A stretch of 64,000 bases of DNA from Elusimicrobiota bacterium (GTDB lineage: Bacteria > Elusimicrobiota > Elusimicrobia > F11). Made by a program: the position numbers and the translations under genes. The notes under the pieces were generated by a model. That model saw only the letters and a program-made list of their open reading frames with translations. It did no database searches and was not told the origin of the DNA. The stretch covers positions 143,598-207,597 of the forward strand of contig JBGAON010000005.1 in assembly GCA_044221725.1 (NCBI GenBank). Direction: 5' to 3'. Every line of letters starts with the position of its first letter. The first letter of the stretch is position 1. Below, one piece after another: positions 35,901 through 41,900 of the stretch.

Positions 35901-38900
35901 GACCCGGAAATTCTCACGGTGATTCGCGAGGTGTTCTTGCCAGATTGGCTCGGCGAAGCGTATTTGACCCGACAGGAACACGACCGAATCTTAAACGCCA
36001 TCAATGCGCTTCAACCGGAAGTTGAGCGTTTGCAAAATTCTCGAATCTTTGATGACTCCAACGAAGGGAACGGTTTGCTGCGCTTAATCAATAAAGACGT
36101 TCATGCAAGCGCCGCAATGAAAAATCTCGTGGACGCGCTGAGCGAAAAAAATATTTCTCTGCCGGAGATGCGAGGTTTTATTCAAGACGTCGTGAACAAA
36201 GCGTTCCGCAAAGACATTCCGGCGGCCCCGAAGAATTTCGACGAACTTCGCTCGGTGACGTATCAGATCAGCGGATACAACGAGCCTCCCTATGTTTTAT
36301 GGGAAGAGTTCAATAAGAAGACGAACGAACAAACGCAGTTCGGTATGTTGGCGGCGTCTTATCCGGAACAATTCGCGCTTCTGGTCAACAGACTTCAGTC
36401 GGAGGGTCTGTTGTCGCTTCAACAGCGACTGGATTTGGAATTCGCGAAAACGAAACCAAGCCATATTGTTAACACGTTGAAGCGGGGTGTGGACGACCAG
36501 GCGATCAAGCAAATAGAACACTGGTTCAACATGCGTTCTCAAACAATCTACGCAAACTTTCAAGGTGCCGTGAAAGCGCGAGCGGTGTATTCCTATTACA
36601 TTCGTAAGTTCTATCGCGAGAAAACTGGCTCCGATCCAGCCCCTGACGTTCTCAAGAAGCTGGTGGAACAGAAAGTGCAAGTCGTCATTAACCACACGAT
36701 GGCCGCCGATGAATTTATTCGGTTCTTACGTGAAGCATTTAAAGGCAAGTCCTTTAACAACCATTCGTTGAACAATCTGTCACTGAACGAGTACATGGAC
36801 CTCATGAAACAAGGATTGGATTTCCCTGCGGAGACCAATAACAATAAATTGAAATCAGGGTTTCCATTCCCGGCGTGGAACCATTCGACGGCGAAGAGTT
36901 ACATGGATTTCCTTGTTAAAGAAAACGTCGATCTGCAATACGGTGCCCGCGCGCAAAAATCCGACGCACACCAAGAGAAATACGAAGGATGGATGCACAC
37001 GGACATGAACGTGCGTGGTGAAGTTGTCATTGCCTGCGACTTTGATATGCGCCACGACATTCAAGAAACATGGATGGTTCCGAACGTGGGCCGCGAATAC
37101 GACATCGACCCAACGTTCGGTGTTGGTGTCTACTCCGGATACATCTTCACGGAACCGATTTCGCCGCAGGCGCTCGTGATGGCGAAGATGGAAATGGGCT
37201 GGTTACAGGGCGAGCAGCCGACGAAGCGCGAAATCGGCACTTTAGAAGCGTACGGAAAATTCACTTATCGTCGTCAGATGATCAGCAACCTGGAAGCGTT
37301 GCCCGCTCACCTCGTTGCCGAAGATGCGAAAACAGCCGAGCGCGTTTTGACTTTTGGAGGATCAACTGGGCACCTTAGTTACTACAAGCTCGGAAAAGGG
37401 CTCAGCAATCAATGGGGCGGTTCCTTAAATCCATTGCGCAAATGGTCCGGCGACGCGCCGGAGTCGATTTACTCTCCTTTGTTTGTGAAGTTTATGTTCA
37501 GCCCTTATCAGCACTGGACGGTGAAATTGGATGCGTTGATGAGCTATGCGTTTTATCTGAAGAAGCCATCGGTGTTTCGAACGACGATCAATGTTCTCGT
37601 GCTTTTCTATTTATTGAACTTCAATCCGTGGACCGGATTGCCTCTGACGATGTTCCTTTCAAGTTTGATCATTTCGCAAGCTATCGGTTACGGTGCGATG
37701 ATGCTGTACGTGGAAAAACACGGCTGGATCAAAGGTGTCGCAATGTTCGCTCGCGACATGGTATGGCCAATTTTCCCGTTCGCAACCACGATCATTCCTC
37801 AATATTCCGACTCGGTAACGAAGGGATTTATGAAGAAGGCAAAATTCCTGCGCACCGGCGGTAAAGGTGGCGCGCTCGGCCGCTACGATTTCGAAGATCT
37901 TTTTATATTTATGCAATACGGCGTTTTCCCGGGCGTTATCATGACGTTCCTGGTCGGATTTGCATCGTTTGATGTTTTGAAATTTTCGATCTGGTTCCCA
38001 CAGATACTTATGGTGTCGTATGGGTTTTGGACCGCCGCGTTTCTGTTTAACTCAACGTTTGATCGGCAAACAGTTTGGACTCGTCTCGCTCGGTTTGTTT
38101 ACGTTGGGGCATTGATTGCCGCGGTTGTCGTACCGCTGGTGTTGGATTTCCCAATTATTGCGATGCTCGCGCCGACGCTTGTGCTCATTTATTGGGTGGA
38201 TGCGAAGGTATTTAAACAACGGACGCGCTGGCAAAACATCGGAGATATTTTCTGGCGTGCGCCCAAAGCAGTTTTAAAAGACGCACTTAACAATTCTACA
38301 CGGTTGCTCGAAATAGTGACGCAACCGATCGCAACGGTCGTCGCTTTGCAACGAGCGATTCCTTTGCCATTCCGGATTACAACGTTGGGTTTAACTGCGG
38401 CGCTAATCGTCATTGTGAATCAGGCGACGTTCTACGTTTTTGCCGGTGTTCTGATTGCGCTTATCGTTGGTGGCGCTGTTTCGCCTCGCTTTGAAAGATG
38501 GCTGCACCGCCCAAGTTATTCGTGGTCGCGCCTTGCTGGAACGGACGAGGAAATCTATCGAAAATCTTTAATCGCCATAAAAATGGCGCAGTTGTTAAAA
38601 GTAAGCCCGCCGGATCTGGGTGTATTAAATAGCTTTGTCGGTCCTTACTTTGCACAGGGCGATGATGGCAACCGAAGAAACGATACTCCAGGGTTTTATA
38701 ACTCTTTAGCATCGATGATGACGGGTCCGGCGCGACAAAATCCATCCAGGGTTCTGTTAGATAAAATCAGCCGGCACACCTCAAATGTCGAAAACCACGT
38801 TGCTGCTGTCGTTCCTCGTTACGATTTATATCGTTCCGCGTTTGATGACTTGAACGACTACCGCGGGCGAAATCCATCCGATAAAAATGGAATTGATCAA

Positions 38901-41900
38901 CGACAGAAACGCCTAAATGAAGTTATCAACGCGTATACGAATTATCAAACCGCCCAAAAGGAATTGGCGGATCTAAGGAAGAGCAACACACCAGACCAGG
39001 CCAAAGCAAACGAGCTACAAGAAAAGATCACAAGAAATGAAGGCATGCTTGGAAATAGCGGTGATTATAAACGCTTCGTAAGTTTAGCGGAATCAATTCT
39101 AAATTTCGGTCCAACCGTTATTCCGACGAACGAACCGGTGTGGAACGATCGTTTGGAAGATTTGATTGAGGGCGGGAATGTGACCGTCGAGTCCGCGTGG
39201 GCGCGAATTTCGGCGAGCGAACGTCGGTCGCTGTTGGATATGCACGATAACGATTTGGGCCGCGCCCAAACTTATCTGTGGGACCGCTTGAGAAATTATA
39301 TCGATGCGCGCATTCGCATTGAGATTGAATACGTGTTGCTCGCCGACCATGCTTCGTTGCTGTCGGATGTGCGCGCTGAATTCATTCGTGTTCGTGCGCT
39401 CGGCGCGGAAAATCCCGATTTCAATCGTGAGCGACAGGCGTTATTGGACCGTATCGTGGAATCGGACGCGATGCGTCCATCAACGGAAATTTTGTTGAGT
39501 CTTTCGAACCCGGCCGACATTCAGCAAAGGATTTATCAAGCTCTGAATGATCTTGTGCCAGTCCCGGCAGCGCGTCAAGAACAACAAACTGTGGAACTGA
39601 CGCCACTTCCGCCGCCACCGGCACCACCAACAGCGGAGCAAGTTGCCGCCCAGAATGCCGCTCAAGCAGCGCAGGCAGCGAAAGCCGCACGAAACAGAAC
39701 GGCTGCGCGCGTTTTTGGTGTGCTGATCGAAAACCGGGAACGATTGCTGGGCCGGTACGGAAGCCGCCTGCGCCAGCTGAGCCGCGTGAACCCGTTGTCC
39801 GTGGATAGCAACGAAGTGAAATCGGTTCTGAACGCGATCGTGAAAGATTCTCGTTTCGCCCCAGCATGGCCGATTTATCTTGAGCTTTCGGGAAACAACG
39901 AACAAGAAGCGCAGAAATTGTTGCTGAACGATGTCGTCACGCTCATCGATTTGCAAACGACCGCAGAAGCAGAATACGCAAGTGATCCTTTGGCGCTGAA
40001 AGATTTGGCGCTCAGCGTTCAAGAGGAAGCGCTCATAATTAAGCGAAACGGTGGACTTTCGCAGGGAGACAAGCGCGCATTTGAACAGAGGGTTTTCCGG
40101 TTCCTTGGCGCGTCGGCGACAGAGATATTAAAGGACAAGAAAACAACGGTTGATGCTGCCACGCGGGTTTCTGACTACGAGATTGTGCAGAAGGCGTACG
40201 ACGAAGCCGTCAAATTAGCGGAAGCGGACATCACAAAAGAAATCAATCCGCTCAAAGGCGACGCGTTCCGCCACCATCTCGAGAACAGTCGGTTGAATGC
40301 GGCGCTTCAAGACACAACCATCAGCGAATGGAAACGTTGGAATCTCCGTTCAAAACGCGACCGCGAGATCGCGGCGTTCGCTAGGGATTTCGTGAAACTG
40401 GTCAACGCGCAGAAACGGGTTTCGCCAGCGGCAACGGTGGCGCTCAAGGCGCGTTGGGAAAGCGAAGGTCTTAACGGTCGCGCACCGCCCAGCTCAGATA
40501 TCGTTAAAGAGGCCTATTGGAAAATCCCGTCTTCTCTAAGAAAAACCTATTCCGAAGTTACCGGATTCAATCCATCCTCATCCGAACCAAGGGTCTCCGC
40601 GGTTGGAGTAAACGCCGATGCGATCGGCGATGACGTGGCCCGCCAACTGCTACGGGACGCGTACGACAGCAACTACGTTATTGAAGGCTCCAAAAATTCC
40701 GCTGGCGACGCGGAACTGGACCTAAACGAACAAAACAAAGCTATTGCTCAGCGTCTGATCGGTAGCGACGGCATGTCCGCTCTTAAAGCGGCGGTGGAAC
40801 TTGCGCTATCCATTGTTGATAACGGTGATGACGATGGTTACCGCACCCGCGATCAGATAAAAGAAATCACAAAAGACGGTCGCGTCGTCTTTGTCTTCAT
40901 CGAATCGAATCACCCGACGTGGAAAAACAATTTCTTCCTTTGTTTCAATAGCTCGGACGAAAACATTCTTGCGCTTGGCGGCCGCGGATTGAACAAAGAT
41001 CAGCGCAAAGCTTACGTGCCGGCGGCGCTTGTTGTCGGTCTCATGGGAATGCGTACGGCCCACGAAAACGGTTCCAAAACAAAGCTGAGCCGGCAAGAAA
41101 TCGATTTGGTGTTGCGCCTTATTGTGCGCCACGAACTTCAGCACGCGGCCGAAAAAGAAAAGGGGAATGCCACGTGGTTGAATCACGATGCCGAAGTCAC
41201 GGAAATTCTGAATTTGCTCGCGAAGGGCGGCTTCTTCCCTGGCGCGAGCGCGCAGCCAGGCAATACGCCAGACGTTGCGAAAATAGCTGTGGTCGGCGGT
41301 CTTGTTGATGAGGCAAATAAAGACGGACGGATCGTGTCACTATTAGCGCCGGTGACCGCCGATTCTCCTGTTCGTTACCGTTACGCGAAAGCGGAACAAA
41401 ACCTTAACGGCGCGCCGGATATTAATTTGGCGATTGAGCGCGTGTTCGAAATGCAACGCGAAGCCGTCAACACCGATTTCGACAACGCCGGTAAAGGAAA
41501 ATACTTCAAGATACTCGCGACCAGCGGTTCAATCCTCACGCGTCGCATAAAAGTTGGCGCCAATCAGTTCGTGCGGTTTGTTGTGAACATTGCGCGGCAA
41601 TCGAAACCGGGCGGATTGGGGCTTTCGCCAGTTTGTTTCCTCTGTTGGAACACGGTTCGCACAAGCTTCCCGCACGAGTTCGGCATGGTGCTCGGAAACC
41701 TGCGAATTTATTTCAATCCCACCGCGGTGTGGCCGCCGACGGTGTTTGGTCCCGCGTCGGAACAGCCGCAAGCGCTCGTCGTGACATTGAATGATCAGGA
41801 GCATCCGAGCGTTTCTCAAGGAAACATTAGTAAGGTGAACACACTTCAAGAGTTGCTCACGCAGTGGGTGCGCGCGAACCAATCCCCCAGTTTGCAAGAT

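Noticed and set aside
39600-39700. PPPPAPP..AAQNAAQAAQAAKAA low-complexity stretch
   Set aside because: Ordinary interdomain linker, not a DNA-level repeat.
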